Below, piece after piece: positions 1 to 11,769 of a stretch of 64,000 nucleotides of DNA; position 1 is the stretch's first letter; each line of letters begins with the position of its first letter. The notes under the pieces are model-generated. The model was given only the letters and a program-made list of their open reading frames with translations, made no database searches and was not told the DNA's origin. Origin of the DNA: Selaginella moellendorffii. Taxonomy: Eukaryota; Plantae; Lycopodiophyta. The position numbers and the translations under genes are program-made. Location of the stretch: the NCBI RefSeq assembly GCF_000143415.4, contig NW_003314282.1, positions 759,872-823,871 on the forward strand, given 5' to 3'.

Positions 1-384
1 AAGACTTATTTCTATCTAAGCCAGATTCCTTAAGATAAGAGTATTCTCATTCATGAATCTTTGCTAAAAAAAGCCTTCAGAAGTGACTGGAAAGGGAGGT
101 CTGTTGCTCTGACAAGATATGTAGCAATCATAATCCAAAAACATAAGGAGGTCTATTGCAGCTACCCAAGTTCTCCAGGTGGGTTCGTCCTTTATGACAA
201 AGTGAACCTACAATTTCGAAGAATAACAAAAGCATGTCTAAGCCAGGGAAGGTTACCTCAATGGACACTTCAGCACTTTTGAGTGCCTTTTGTAAGCCTT
301 ACCTCTTGTGTATAATGAGTTTTGCATGGTGTTTCAGGTTTCCAGTGGATAAAGTGACATGGATTGCTGTAGAAAGTGTGAGTA

Positions 385-895
385 CAAACCCGCCAAATCC
401 GCATGAGATAGCTGGGAGTGCTATGTGCTTAACCTCCTTCTTGCAATCGAATGTTATAGCGTTCCTGTAATAGCAAAAGCACAATGTATCAAATTTGCTA
501 CACACTCCGGCATACCCGTAAGTGAGACCAAGTTGTCTGGCAGCTTCCGTCTCCCTGTCTTTGGAGTATCTTGTGCAATGATTTTAGATGCTGGCAGTCC
601 CTCTGAAGGGCTGAGAAACAAGTCAGTTATTAAGTTAAAACAATAAGGAAAGACAGTTACATGATCTCCAAGGCAGTAAACCTCGAACTAGTAGCAGTTT
701 CTGAAAAAAGAAAATGCAAAAGCTCTAAACACCCATTTGCCTTACCTCGGTGTACCTGGCCTCCAACAGGAATTACAATACCATCATTCTTTCCGTCCAC
801 AAACCACTCTAATATGTCCCCGCTTTTAATAACAAACTTGCAAGAGCCGACTTTACAAACAATCTTGAGGTCCTTTTCCTGATCAAAAGCCACTA
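385..895 (-). pseudogene. Macro-domain (ADP-ribose binding/hydrolase, plant At2g40600-like) gene remnant with introns
   Basis: Minus-strand pieces FVIKSGDILEWFVDGKNDGIV, GLPASKII and RNAITFDCKKEVKHIALPAISCGFGG match the macro-domain motifs GDITKW.VD...DAIV and IAFPAISCG.YG. The frame is broken between the pieces. Confidence 0.75.
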
Positions 896-2509
896 TATCT
901 AACCAAAAAAAAAAAGAGAGGTAAATTTGAAGCATTATTACCTTGAGGTCCATCACCCTTATGCAGGGGTCCCTAGGACGTCGGGGCTCGCAAGAGGTAA
1001 CGGGTTTGGGTACTTGAGGGTTCCCATTGACTGGGGTTTCTTCTTGGTCAAATATAGCTATAATTAGTTTACTGTACGTACCTAGGGGGCACAAACCATG
1101 GGGTCCAACAACATATAACTCTACCATCTCTTCTTCGTCTTCAGGCTAATCTTCGTCTTTAGACTCAGATTCATTGGGAGGCTCGGAATATATATCGATT
1201 GGGCCTTCCTCTTTGTCCTCTGCGGCACTGTGTAGCTGTCCACTCACCTCTTGAGTCATTCCACTTTCTGTCGCAGCAGCTCTCCAACGGGAACTACTGC
1301 GAATGTCCTGCATTCATCGGTCCCTATATCAGCAATCTGGCAGCACGCTTCCTCGAGGCCCTGTACTAGTTCGCACGTTACAAGCTCGTTTGCGGATCGA
1401 AAGTATACAATACTCACAAGTGCATCAATCCGAGTGTAATCGCTATCCATGTGCCACTCTAGGTGTCTTGATGCAACAATAAGATAGGAGTCTGCTGTAG
1501 TCAGCCGCTCCTGCGTGCACAAGCTTCCAGAATAACAAATTTCAACAAAAGGGTGAGCACCTTGTGGTAGTAAAAAGGTAGACTACTGCTTTGTGGGGGA
1601 CTAGCATTTTTGAGACGGTAGACAGAACTTGAACGGGTCGGCCTCTCGTCCTTCCCACTTCGGCACAGTATCACCGACGCAAGGGCCTCGCCAAACACAC
1701 ACACATGTGCGTCTCCAAGCACCACCACCAAGGACCTGGTTTGGGCACACCAATCCTATAACCAAAACCAGACCAAACATTCACAGCAACAGCAGTAATC
1801 AGACAACAAGAGAGATTACCACATACCCAGCAATCTGATGTTCCCACCAGAGCCCGCAGCTCGTAATTCATGCTGCAAAAGAACTGCCCATCTTTTTAGA
1901 AAGTACAACGCACATATTCTTACTTTCTGAATGCGAGCTCCAGAGCTTGTGGCGTACCGCACGTTGACAGCTCCAGAGATGCCCGAATGTGATCCATGAG
2001 TCGATATCGGCGTAACTTGAGAAGTTCGAGATGTACAGAATACAGGTGCGTATCTCTTACGTCCGGGTAAGCTGCATGGAAAATTACCACAACGCGCTCC
2101 TGCACTCTCCCTATCTCTGCCAAGCACACCACACAACTAGTCATATCCTGGGCCGGCTCGACCATCACTGCCTCCATCGCCAGCTAACCCAACAAAAGGG
2201 TTTTCGATCAGGACATAAAATCTAATGCGTTTGATTAATTTGGGAACTTCCAAAGGCGCGGTTGAAGGACGCAAGCAGCTGTACAGAATTTTGTTTCTCC
2301 GTTCATGCTGTGATTTATTTTCTTTCTCGTCCAGGCAACACTCTTCAGGACTTTCAAGCAGTCCAGAATAAAGAATTGGAAGCAGTGTATACACCCTTCG
2401 TCCCTGAAGCCTTCGAGGTACTTGCTTGATCACGTAAATCAAGTTCCTGATTTCCAGCTTCTTATCTCATATAGTTACACGGCTGCTGAGCTAAACCTTA
2501 CTTCAGTCG

Positions 2510-2600
2510 AGAAGATCGTACATCAAACAGCCCGCCTTCCATAGCAACAGCAAATACCAGGCCTTGTTGATCATACGCCATAGACGGCCTTCCCCGGAAT
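2510..2600 (-). pseudogene. WDR82/Swd2 (COMPASS WD40 subunit) exon fragment
   Basis: Minus strand reads RGRPSMAYDQQGLVFAVAMEGG-LFDVRS, matching the conserved plant WDR82 segment GRP.VAYDQQGLVFAVAMEGGAIKLFD.RS. Confidence 0.7.
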
Positions 2601-3027
2601 CTAAGAAGATCATCGCTTTCCAGCCGCAGAGGTTATCAAAGGCGCGTGCTATTGGAGAAATGCTTACACCCACGTACGTAAATCTTGCTGGCCACAAACT
2701 TTGCGTGCTTTCCAGACATCCAGGAATCGAACGGCAATCAATCGCGAAAGCCACCAGTACCAGCGGACGCATCAGAATGTGCAAAGATTTCTTGCAGCAG
2801 TGCTTTCACTTGAAAGACCGACTGCGAGCCAAGTACAATCCCAGTCCCGTGCTAGGCTGGCGAAACCTTGCGCGTTCGTTGGGTACACAAAACTGACAAG
2901 AACACAGCGATTTCGCTAAAGAAACTCTGCAAAATTGTAGAGCAAAATACATCGCTTCCAAGTGGTTCTCTCTGACAATCTTACTCGCGTTCTCCACAGC
3001 GAACTTACATCCAAGGTAGTTCCTCGC

Positions 3028-3153
3028 CTACTTCATGTCCTTGTTCAAGAACTTGCGATGGAAATCACTCCTGATCGTATCGTTGATGAAGCGCTTCACC
3101 TACTTGGTAGCCTGGTGCTTGAACACCACATCGTCGTCCCACCTCCTCTACAC
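3028..3153 (-). pseudogene. CWC15: CWC15/Cwf15 splicing factor C-terminal fragment
   Basis: Minus strand reads [39 protein letters not shown]. This is the diagnostic CWC15 C-terminus with two in-frame stops. Confidence 0.85.
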
Positions 3154-3668
3154 GGCAGACGAGCCGCCGCCACCACCGCGGCGACGTCGGTGCCAAATTG
3201 CTCTTGCGAGCTTGAATCTTCGGCATCTGGCCCAAGATGGTTAACGTGGTCAACCAACCGCTTCTGGTTTGATACCGAGCTGAACATTGGAGAAGAGCCT
3301 CCCCAGCTTGTCAGGAGGGCCCTCAAGCAGTGCTGTGGTGTTGTGCTGGAAGATGATGGCATTGGTCGAAGATGGTCTTGCACAGGTACGATGAAAACTA
3401 CGGTTGTAATGCACGCTGCAGTGACAGAATCGAGATTCAACTTCTGCAAAGCTCGAGCAATCCAAACGAGCTCGAAGGGAAGGTTGAAGGAGAAGGGGAG
3501 CACATAGCTCCACTCAAGATGACCTCTAGCAACTCCTCTAAGCTCAAGAATCCTAACTTACAACACTATGCTTTTCAATATCCATTTAATGCAAGAACTT
3601 CCTTTGATAGCAACAGTGAATACAGTCTAAGACTAGGAGGGTTGGAACAGCGGGAAAAAAAAGCGGCT

Positions 3669-3998
3669 TTACACCTTCTTGACGCCATTTGGATGGATCT
3701 CTGCTGCGAACTGGACGCTGTCGACGATCTTCGCCCCGCGTGCGGCAGTGAGATACAATCCCATATGGTGCGCGAGATCCTGCACATCAATTCACCAAAT
3801 CAATCACAGTAGGATATTTGAGGAAATGTTTCATACTTGTGGATGCGACACAGCTCCAATTTCCTTCGCAACTGCCAGAGGCAAATCATAGGTGGAGCAT
3901 CCTTGAGCGTAGACCACGATTTCTTCCAGCGGTGGCGAGATCCCGTGGTTCCTGACTGAGGTCATCGTCGCCACGAAATCTAGCACACAAATGTCCGT
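3669..3998 (-). pseudogene. Nicotinamidase (NIC1-like, isochorismatase family) 3' fragment, two exons
   Basis: TDICVLDFVATMTSVRNHGISPPLEEIVVYAQGCSTYDLPLAVAKEIGAVSHPQ, then a GT-AG intron at 3836-3780, then DLAHHMGLYLTAARGAKIVDSV. It abuts the Helitron Rep sequence directly. Confidence 0.8.
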
Positions 3999-4002
3999 GT
4001 GA

Positions 4003-4739
4003 CTTACATTCACCATCCTTTGTGCATGGGCTGATTGGAAATTCAGGCCCACAAGGGCCATGTATCATGTGCTTTTTAACCAATTCATATAATTCTGGGT
4101 CTAGTCTGGCATCTGGTATTTCGGCAGTAACTATATTGTCTATGTCATCGATAGTTCTGATTTTATTATCTTTACCAAGGATCACCAAAATATGATAGTG
4201 TGGCAGTCCTCTTTTTTGGAATTCAATCACATAGACATAAGCATTGGTTTCTTGATGTGGAACACACATGCAACCAAGTCAGGTCTGTCTGCAGTTGTTT
4301 GTCCAGGTAGAAGGTTTTCAGTGATTTCTTTCCATTTAGGATTGCAGGTGAATGTTATGAACAAATCAGGTTTTCCATACTTCCTTACAAGGCTCATGGC
4401 ATCCTGGTAGTTCTGATTCATCTGTCATGGGCCTCCACTGAATGAGGATGGAAGTATTATTAGTTTTCCAGCACGTACCCTTTGCTGTTCGGCTCTGTTT
4501 TTAACAAAATCTGAAAGGCCACTGTATGCTTCAGCACGTAGCTCATGTTGGTGGTTTCTTATCCATGTTAGTAGGCCACCTTCAATCTTGGTGTATATAT
4601 CGACCATGTATTGTTGTGTGAGTTTTCCTGCTGTCAACACAGGGTTGAAATATATGCTTCTTATGCCATTGTGACATATGCCCCGTATAAAAAATTTGTG
4701 TTGATAAAATTCCATTATTGTGCAGCAAGGAAAGAACAT
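4003..4739 (-). mobile_element. Helitron RepHel, HUH-Rep domain fragment (frameshifted, helicase absent)
   Basis: QQYMVDIYTKIE, IILPSSFSGGP, YQDAMSLVRKYGKPDLFITFTCNPKW, DRPDLV, YVIEFQKRGLPHYHIL and HMIHGPCG are canonical Helitron Rep motifs, spread over three ORFs. Confidence 0.95.
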
Positions 4740-5136
4740 TCAAGAAGCCTTTCAAGATCCTACTCTTTATTTTGTAGGAAATTCAGCACTTGGCTCTCCG
4801 AATTTGCAGCATGCCGGGACTGCATTGCAATGTGTTGGGATTTCTCCTATCCAAGATGTGTGCAAGTATGCACAGATTTTGAGGAGATTTAGAAGGTAGT
4901 AGATAGAAACTGCTTGATTCTTATTATAATGAGGCTTATAACATTAACTTTGGCCAATCTTGCTAAACAATAGACTATGGCCGGTTTAGTAAAGGGATGA
5001 TAAAACGTGTATGGTTGTAAAACTCAGTTCTCATGAGATTCTTACAACTTGCTTCTGAAAGTCTTCATGTTTTGCCTTTGTGCTTCGCAAATTTTCCTCA
5101 GCTTGCTTGAGCTGTATTAATAGGAACGACACATAC

Positions 5137-6145
5137 CTGGTTTCCTAGGGTGAGAACAACATAAGGGTCACCAATCATGAAGTCCCTCACGGTAAGGTTT
5201 ATGGCTTTTATTACATGCACTCGAATCAATCAAACAAATTCTTGCAGACCTTGCAATTAAAATGTTTACCTCTAGAATTGAAGCATTGAACAAACCAGAG
5301 CAGAAAAATCTTCTTGCCTTGAAATAATGTCGATTCTTGACAAGAGGAAGCCAAATGCATAGATGGCTTTACAAATTCTACTTGCTTCTGAGAAAACATT
5401 GATTGTTGAAAAATAAATATAGAAAACAGTTTCGCATCTCCTGAACCTTACAAATTCTAATTGCTCTTGATTGGATGATTACGGGCATGGGTCTTTTGCC
5501 AAGATTTAGGAACAAAGGCCTTGTATGCAGCATTTGTAGCTGCATTGCCACCAATAAACAGCATAAGCTCAACCCTTCGTCTGTCCAGTCGTTGGAATTT
5601 ATGGACATAAACTGTTGAAAATTTATGGACATAAACTTTTCTGCTGCAAGTTGGGGGGAAAGCACTGTTACGGTGCAGGCTGTGAGAGCAGTACCAAACA
5701 AAAGGACATAAAATTGGGAAGAGAGATTATTTACATTTACCTTTGATACAAAAGCTCCCATGCTTTAATGAACAGCATAGCATTTGTCACAGATTAAAAC
5801 TCCATGTTTGTAGAGCTGGAGAAACAACAGAAGATGCAACAAGATGGAAATGAAAATGGCTTACGCCCATTGGGGACCCTGCAAGCCGCACAGAATTGGT
5901 TGTCTAGTTGCAAGATAAATGTTTGAAATTTAGTCATGCTTCTCTCCATTTGCTAGGGTATCAAAGATCCACTCCTGAAAAACAAAGATCAGTGGACAGA
6001 CCCTCTAGCAAAAAAAAAAAAAGAAGAATAAAAGAAAAAGCATTGCATTGAAAACCTTACCTTTAAACAAAGGAAATTCCGAGTCGATGAGCTTAACCTT
6101 TACTCCAAATCCTGCCAATATGCTCTGAGACACATAGATACACTG
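5137..6145 (-). pseudogene. ARF-GAP + C2 domain (ZAC/AGD11-13-like) pseudogene
   Basis: Exon remnants: NQFCAACR..PQWA / HGVLICDKCYAVH*SMGAFVSK (ArfGAP zinc finger), DWTDE..GGNAATNAAYKAFVP, and LIRVHVIKAINLTVRDFMIGDPYVVLTLGNQ (C2). Stops and frameshifts are present. Confidence 0.8.
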
Positions 6146-6189
6146 CAAAAAAAGAGCATTATCAACTCAGAGGGAAAAGAAAGAACTGG

Positions 6190-6460
6190 GACATCTCTTT
6201 CAGAGATCCAGTAAACTGCTTTCACAGACTTCCAAGTGTATTATACAGGTGCTCTAGCTGAATGGTAGAATGCTTTTCAAGTCGATCTGGGTGGAAATCT
6301 TGAGTACCTGGCAGCCTTTGGACAGCACACTATTGTGATTAGATGGTCTGTTCACGATTCCACAAGTGCCATGGGAAGTCAAAGGTCTCTTTGACGGCAT
6401 CTTTGAGTACAAACTGGACAGTAAAGGAAAGATTCATGAGCACAAGGTATATAACATAAG
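6190..6460 (+). pseudogene. DUF2358 (NTF2-like) gene fragment
   Basis: DISFRDPVNCF...NGRMLFKSIWVEILSTWQP...IVIRWSVH.IPQVPWEVKGLFDGIFEYKLDSKGKIHEHKV, with frameshifts. Confidence 0.75.
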
Positions 6461-7623
6461 GACCAATGCAATTATGCAACAAACCTCATGGTGTGCAGCC
6501 GCAGTGATACCTGGAAAAATGCATTGAAAAAAACTGGTTTACCCTAAAAAAAATAAAAAATTTCACCCTCAATTGTTTTTTTGCCATGTGTTTTCATCTC
6601 CACCATTAAGCTCGAAAAGAATCTCGATTGAATATGTCGTCTTGCTCTTTTAAATATAGAAGGATGATAATAATATATAAGAAAATTATATATTTTTTAA
6701 ATTGCATAATATTTTTAAGATACCAGAAAATTAATATTAACATTTATAAAATTAATGTGGAGGAATAATTTTAATTATAATCTTAATTAAAAATAATATT
6801 TAATTTAATTTCTAGTGTGAGTGCATAGAATATGAAAATGGAATACAAAAATGTGCATATCAATTAGCCCAAAAACCTTAGATTATATACATGAGCAAAT
6901 GATCTAGATTGAAATCAATCCAACAATTATCAAAATTCCACTATGTTAATATTAGTATATATCATTATAATTGTATATTTGAATTTCACATCATCCTTTC
7001 TTCTCATAATGATGGAAAACAATCAAAGTTCTTTAGTAGATGGGTTAGAATGTAGAAAAATATTAAGAAGAGGTATCAGTGAATCTGTAAGTAGTGCCAC
7101 TTGTTTTTACTCCCTTGTATAAAGTGGTTTAGCTTTTGCATATCCATAATTTCTGGAGGATCAGCCTATTAAATGCCATGCCAAATTTTATAAATTTGCA
7201 ATCTAACTTGCTAGAACACTTGATATTAAACAAATTACATACCATAAAATTGGAAAAATAGATTAACACTAAGTCATTTATTTTATACTTCACAAGGGGA
7301 TGATAATGGGAGTTATAGTGCCATTCTTGTCCCATTTGTAAGCAGCCTAATGTCAAATTCAATTCATTTGCATTTTTATTTAAAGCAATTCTTATGTATT
7401 ATAATGATTTACTGTGATAGCAAACATAATATAAAATATTTTGTTAAATGTTATTCCTAGAATCAAACTTTGAACACTTAATTAGTTTTAATGGCAAAAA
7501 TTATATAAAATTCAACTGTGTTTAAAACTTTTAATTGTACTTTATTGAATGCCAAATTAATTTGATCATCTAGATTTAAGGACATTAATACTATGTATTA
7601 GAGTGATATAATAATAATATATT

Positions 7624-9508
7624 CTAATTAATATTAAACAAGTCCATCTCCATACTACTTGAGCTTTGGGCCTCAACTCGGGCGAGAAGGGTCCATCCAT
7701 CTCCAGATGCATGTAGGCATTCGTTCACGGCCACAACCCTCACGATGTCCCCGAATTCTATGTCCATGTATCCCTGAAGAAAATAACCAGTCAAAAGTAC
7801 AAGAAGAAAAACAATAATACCTGGTATCTCTTGAGAAAAGCTTGAAGTTCTCTCATCTTTGATTTCATTCGCGCGTGTTCGTTGCTCACTATAGCGGCAC
7901 TTACTTCCAAAGGGGAGTGTCCGATCATCCTCTCAACCAGCTGCAAAATCGGAGACCGTACTCTTGACTAAACAGAATTGAAGCTTTACCTCGTGGTTCA
8001 CTAAAGCTTCTGTTAAAAGGCTTCCATCTTCGATGTATATCGCCAGCCGGTATGCATTGCGATCCTTGAAAAGGAACTCTTTCACGGCTGTAAGGAAACA
8101 CTGTATCCAGAAAACGAATCGTGCTTTCTTTTTTCTTTTCTTTTGTTACCTTAACTCGGCCTGATTGAACTACACCAAACTCCATAAACCGCCTCTGTAG
8201 AACCGCCAGATACGTAAAGGGAGGGGACTCCAGGCTGTCTGCGGCTGAAAAATGGACGGGCATATGTCACGAAAATCTGAAGATCATAAAACTTACTGCG
8301 CAGTTGTCTTCTACTCCTGGTTTCATTGGATTGGAGGGAAAGCATACGAATACGCGAAGTTCCCAGGCCGATAGAAGTCTCGGAAGGTGTGCCAGACGAG
8401 GTCCGATGCGTAGTTTCGTCCTGTCCTGGAGGTGAACATCAAAAGCATTAGGCAGGGAGAGAAAACCTGAAAGGCCTTCTTTGTGTTTACTTGGTGTTTG
8501 TTCACTGTAGGAATATGAACCGCGAGAAAAATCTTCTATAGAAACAGGTGCTTGCCTTCCTGAAGACAAAAAAGTAGAGACAGAAAATCAAAATACAAGG
8601 ATAGAAGAACGAAAGAAAGAAGGCAAACACAGTCACTGTGCAAAAGTTAGACCTGTATATGGATGATCACGAACAGTCGAAGAAGGTTGCTGCTCATTCC
8701 AGGATTGGCTGCAGCGCCATTGTTTTCTTGGACGTCAGGAGTTCGGGGCCAGGCAGCTTGTGTAAGTTGCTCTTCCAACGATGGTGGAGTAGTACCACGC
8801 GGGTGCCTGCAAATATCCTTAACTAGTACACGAAGAAGAAAACTTTACCTGTTTCCCCGAGGAGGTTTGTTTACTTGATGTACCACTCTCTGTCGAGCCT
8901 CTTCAAGCTCTTGGACAACACCTCCTAGAACAGTAACAATTTCCGGGACAAGAAGAAACATCCCTCTCCGGATGCAGACATTCCTTACGCAAATCTGCGG
9001 TTGGGAGAAAGAAAAATCAAGGAAAGGATTTCTTGAACGCGTACCTTCAAACCAGCTGGTTGTAAGACTTTGAGCTGTGGGATAGGACGATACTCAGTGC
9101 CAAAAACTCGTTGAGCACCGTCGGTCATGGATAGCTTCAAGCATCGACTTCCAATTCCAGCATTTCTTTCCTGGTAGCGATCCTTGAGGCCGCAGCAAAT
9201 GTCCACCGTTTCATCTACCTGTGTGCCATGCTCCCATCGATAAAAAAAAATATAGAAAAACTTTCACTTACTTGTAGAACGAAAGGGCCTGCTAGCTCCA
9301 CTTTGTGCATCGCCTGGACCCCTGGAGGAAGCACAGCATCGGTGACGAGATTGAAATCGGCAGCGAGGAGATGCGCAAAGCATTTCTCGGCGCGCGAGTC
9401 TACCGGCAACTGTGACGCTCCGCTCTGCTCGCGCAGGCAAGAAGAAAGCCACTGCGCATTAGGCCGCATTCCGCGAGAAGCCAGAATCTCCACAACCCGC
9501 TCCTCCAT
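7624..9508 (-). CDS. RMI1: RecQ-mediated genome instability protein 1 (multi-exon), copy 1
   Basis: N-terminal DUF1767/OB: GPFVLQ|VDETVDIC..SRCLKLSMTDGAQRVFGTEYRPIP..PAGLK|ICVRNV.IRRGMFLLVPE. C-terminal OB: PFTYLA..GRVK|CFLTAVKEF..IEDGSL. The conserved exons are open. The splice phase of the linker exon (about 8653-8805) is ambiguous, so full integrity is not certain. Confidence 0.85.
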
Positions 9509-9599
9509 TGAAATCCCAAAACCCTACTAGGGTTCTAAGCATCCCGCCATTTTGCTAGCTTGAAAGGTTCCAGGAATATGCTTACCAAGCAAGGGCTTT
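9509..9599. promoter_or_regulatory. About 90-bp bidirectional promoter with a palindromic telo-box
   Basis: Divergent ATGs at 9508 (-) and 9600 (+). AACCCTA-C-TAGGGTT palindrome at 9520-9534; the same motif is at about 13300-13315 in the second copy. Confidence 0.6.
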
Positions 9600-10535
9600 A
9601 TGGTGTTTTGCCGCGCGCACTCTCTTCTCTTCCAGATCGTGCATTGCGGAAATTCGCTCCTGCGGCGCCGAGGATATCGTTCCCCGAGACGCGCCACGGC
9701 GTGACATGGGACGATCCCTGCCACTGGCTGCGAAATTCGGACGAATCAGCACGCGCAATCGACCATGGCTGGGACAAGGGAGCTGCAGCGCCAGATCCGC
9801 CAGGAAATGGCGAGTAGGATGGAGAAGGAGCTCGCGTCGCTGCCAGAGCGCTGGGGGCATTGGTGAGTTCTTCCCGTTTTAACTTTTAGTTTTTGGCTTA
9901 GACGAAAAGCTTAATGACAATGTAGGAAATTTCGTGCAAATCCCGCAAGGGAAAGATCTACTCGAGACGAAGAGCCCGCAAAGGTGGAAGGCTGAAGGCT
10001 TTCTTGACAAAGTTTTCTCGACAAGAAGCAGAGTGAAGTGATGATCGACATCAATGCGCTTGCTGCGAAGCACGATAAAGTTTTGAGGATCTATCCTTCG
10101 TTCTCTCGTCGTAGCTATCATGAGGATGATCGATCGAAAGGACCTGCATTGCGATGAACGAGATTCACAAAATTCGGCACTCTGAGACCAGGAAAGGAAA
10201 CGAAGCGACTAGAGCAAAATTCAGGGAAGACCTCACCGTTTTATACCCCCGGGAAGTGGAAGGCCAACGGCCTGTGGCAACAAGTTTAATAATGTTGATT
10301 CAACATAGCAATCCAGGCACATATAACTCGTCTTTAGGTTATAGCATAACTTAGAGAAATTTTTCTCACTGCCTCGTGTAACTAAAGTTTTTCCATGGTG
10401 AATGTAGTGGTAGTATCCTCCCACCTCATCCGGATGGCTTATCTCCAAACAGATAGAGTTGATGATCCACCAATGTTTTGGGCGAGAAGACTAGCGTCAC
10501 TTCTCGTTTTTCACAGCGAAAAGGAGGTTGTCCCA
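9600..10535 (+). pseudogene. Oligopeptidase B (S9A) pseudogene, duplicate of the 5' half of the gene at 13386
   Basis: Near-identical to 13386-13935 (RHGVTWDDP.HWLRNS) but with frameshifting deletions. 10450-10535 consists of collapsed pieces of 14480-14695. Confidence 0.9.
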
Positions 10536-10632
10536 TGAAATCGCCACCGTCCATCAAACATCATCCCAGCCGTCGATATAAACCCGTTTTGAGGAAGCTA
10601 GGTCTTCCATTCAGCAAGAAGGTCTGGGAGCG

Positions 10633-11556
10633 ATGGCGCGTGACACCGGTGAGTTAAGCGAGGATGACTGTAGTGAGCTTCTCAAGTTCTACATGAGGGG
10701 AAAGCGGCTGGGATGTGGAGGGCAAGGGCAGGTTTTCATGATCCATAATGGCCGCAACACTTATGCTGGAAAGTTGTTTCGATCGGGGAGTGATGCCGAG
10801 AGAGAAGCTCGGCTCATGTCCAAGCTTCACGCCTGCCCTGGGGTCGTCTCCTCCAAGGGTTTTGTCAGGGAGAGAGATGGTGCCAAGTGCTATGGCACCA
10901 TCGTCATGGAGCTGTGTGGCCCAAACCTATGCGAGGGGTTGATCAATTGCGGGCCGATGAGGGAGGAGGATGTAGCGAAGACCATCAAGAAGCTGGCTGA
11001 AACGCTCAAGGAGATCCACTCCAGGGGAATTATCCACCGGGATCTCAAGCCGGAGAACATTCTTGTCAAGCTCAATGCCACTAGTGTGCACGATGTTCTG
11101 ATTGGAGACTTCGGGATAGCCACAGACCTGCACAGGGAGATGTCAAAGTACTGTGGCACGGAAAAGTATATGGCACCAGAGGTGATGGCGAGGAAGGGCC
11201 GCAAGGGAGAATCACAGAGCTTCTACACAGCAGCCATTGATGTGTGGGGTTTGGGAGTCATTGCGTACGAGCTGTTGAAAGGTCACAAATCGAGAATGGA
11301 AATCGATTTCTTGAGAGCGGGAGCATTTCCAACTGGTTTTGGCTCGGACCAGGCGGAGGATCTTCTCCGGGGGATGTTAGCTGTTGAACCGAGCAAGAGG
11401 GTAACGCTGGACCGTGTGCTTGCACATCCCTGGATCGTGAAGCATTGCAGCAGCAGTAGCAAGATCGAGACGACGACACGCAGCAGGCGCTGTGGAATGA
11501 AGAGGAGTCTTCCCAGCAACAGCGACTTGATCGTGAAAAAAGCTCGTGCAGCTTAA
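10633..11556 (+). CDS. Intronless Ser/Thr protein kinase (CAMK-group-like), 307 aa
   Basis: GCGGQGQV, YAGK, HRDLKPEN, DFG, CGTEKYMAPE, DVWGLG, HPW. TATAAA lies about 55 bp upstream. Basic C-terminus (KKAR). Confidence 0.9.
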   Translation: MARDTGELSEDDCSELLKFYMRGKRLGCGGQGQVFMIHNGRNTYAGKLFRSGSDAEREARLMSKLHACPGVVSSKGFVRERDGAKCYGTIVMELCGPNLCEGLINCGPMREEDVAKTIKKLAETLKEIHSRGIIHRDLKPENILVKLNATSVHDVLIGDFGIATDLHREMSKYCGTEKYMAPEVMARKGRKGESQSFYTAAIDVWGLGVIAYELLKGHKSRMEIDFLRAGAFPTGFGSDQAEDLLRGMLAVEPSKRVTLDRVLAHPWIVKHCSSSSKIETTTRSRRCGMKRSLPSNSDLIVKKARAA

Positions 11557-11769
11557 CAGCACCAGTTCGGTAAGCATCGTTTTTGATTGAAGAGTACAGG
11601 TACTAACTTTGCTTGCTTGGTCACCGGGTGGAAAAAAAAATTGCGAGACAACGATCTCTTTGTGAGAAAGATTTTTTATATCAATGCAAGAACTGTCTTT
11701 GCAAGTTATGAGTTTTCCTTTCTATTCTCTTGATGGGAACAGTCAAATTCAATACAATGGAAGGGATCG

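Noticed and set aside
2060-2140. Possible RING-H2 remnant (CVVCLAEI...FHAA) on the minus strand
   Set aside because: Too short and degenerate to call.
4003-4739. Autonomous Helitron
   Set aside because: Frameshifts and stops, truncated after HGPCG, no helicase, no termini found.
6600-7620. AT-rich tract as a viral or TE coding region
   Set aside because: No recognisable motif in any frame that I could read.
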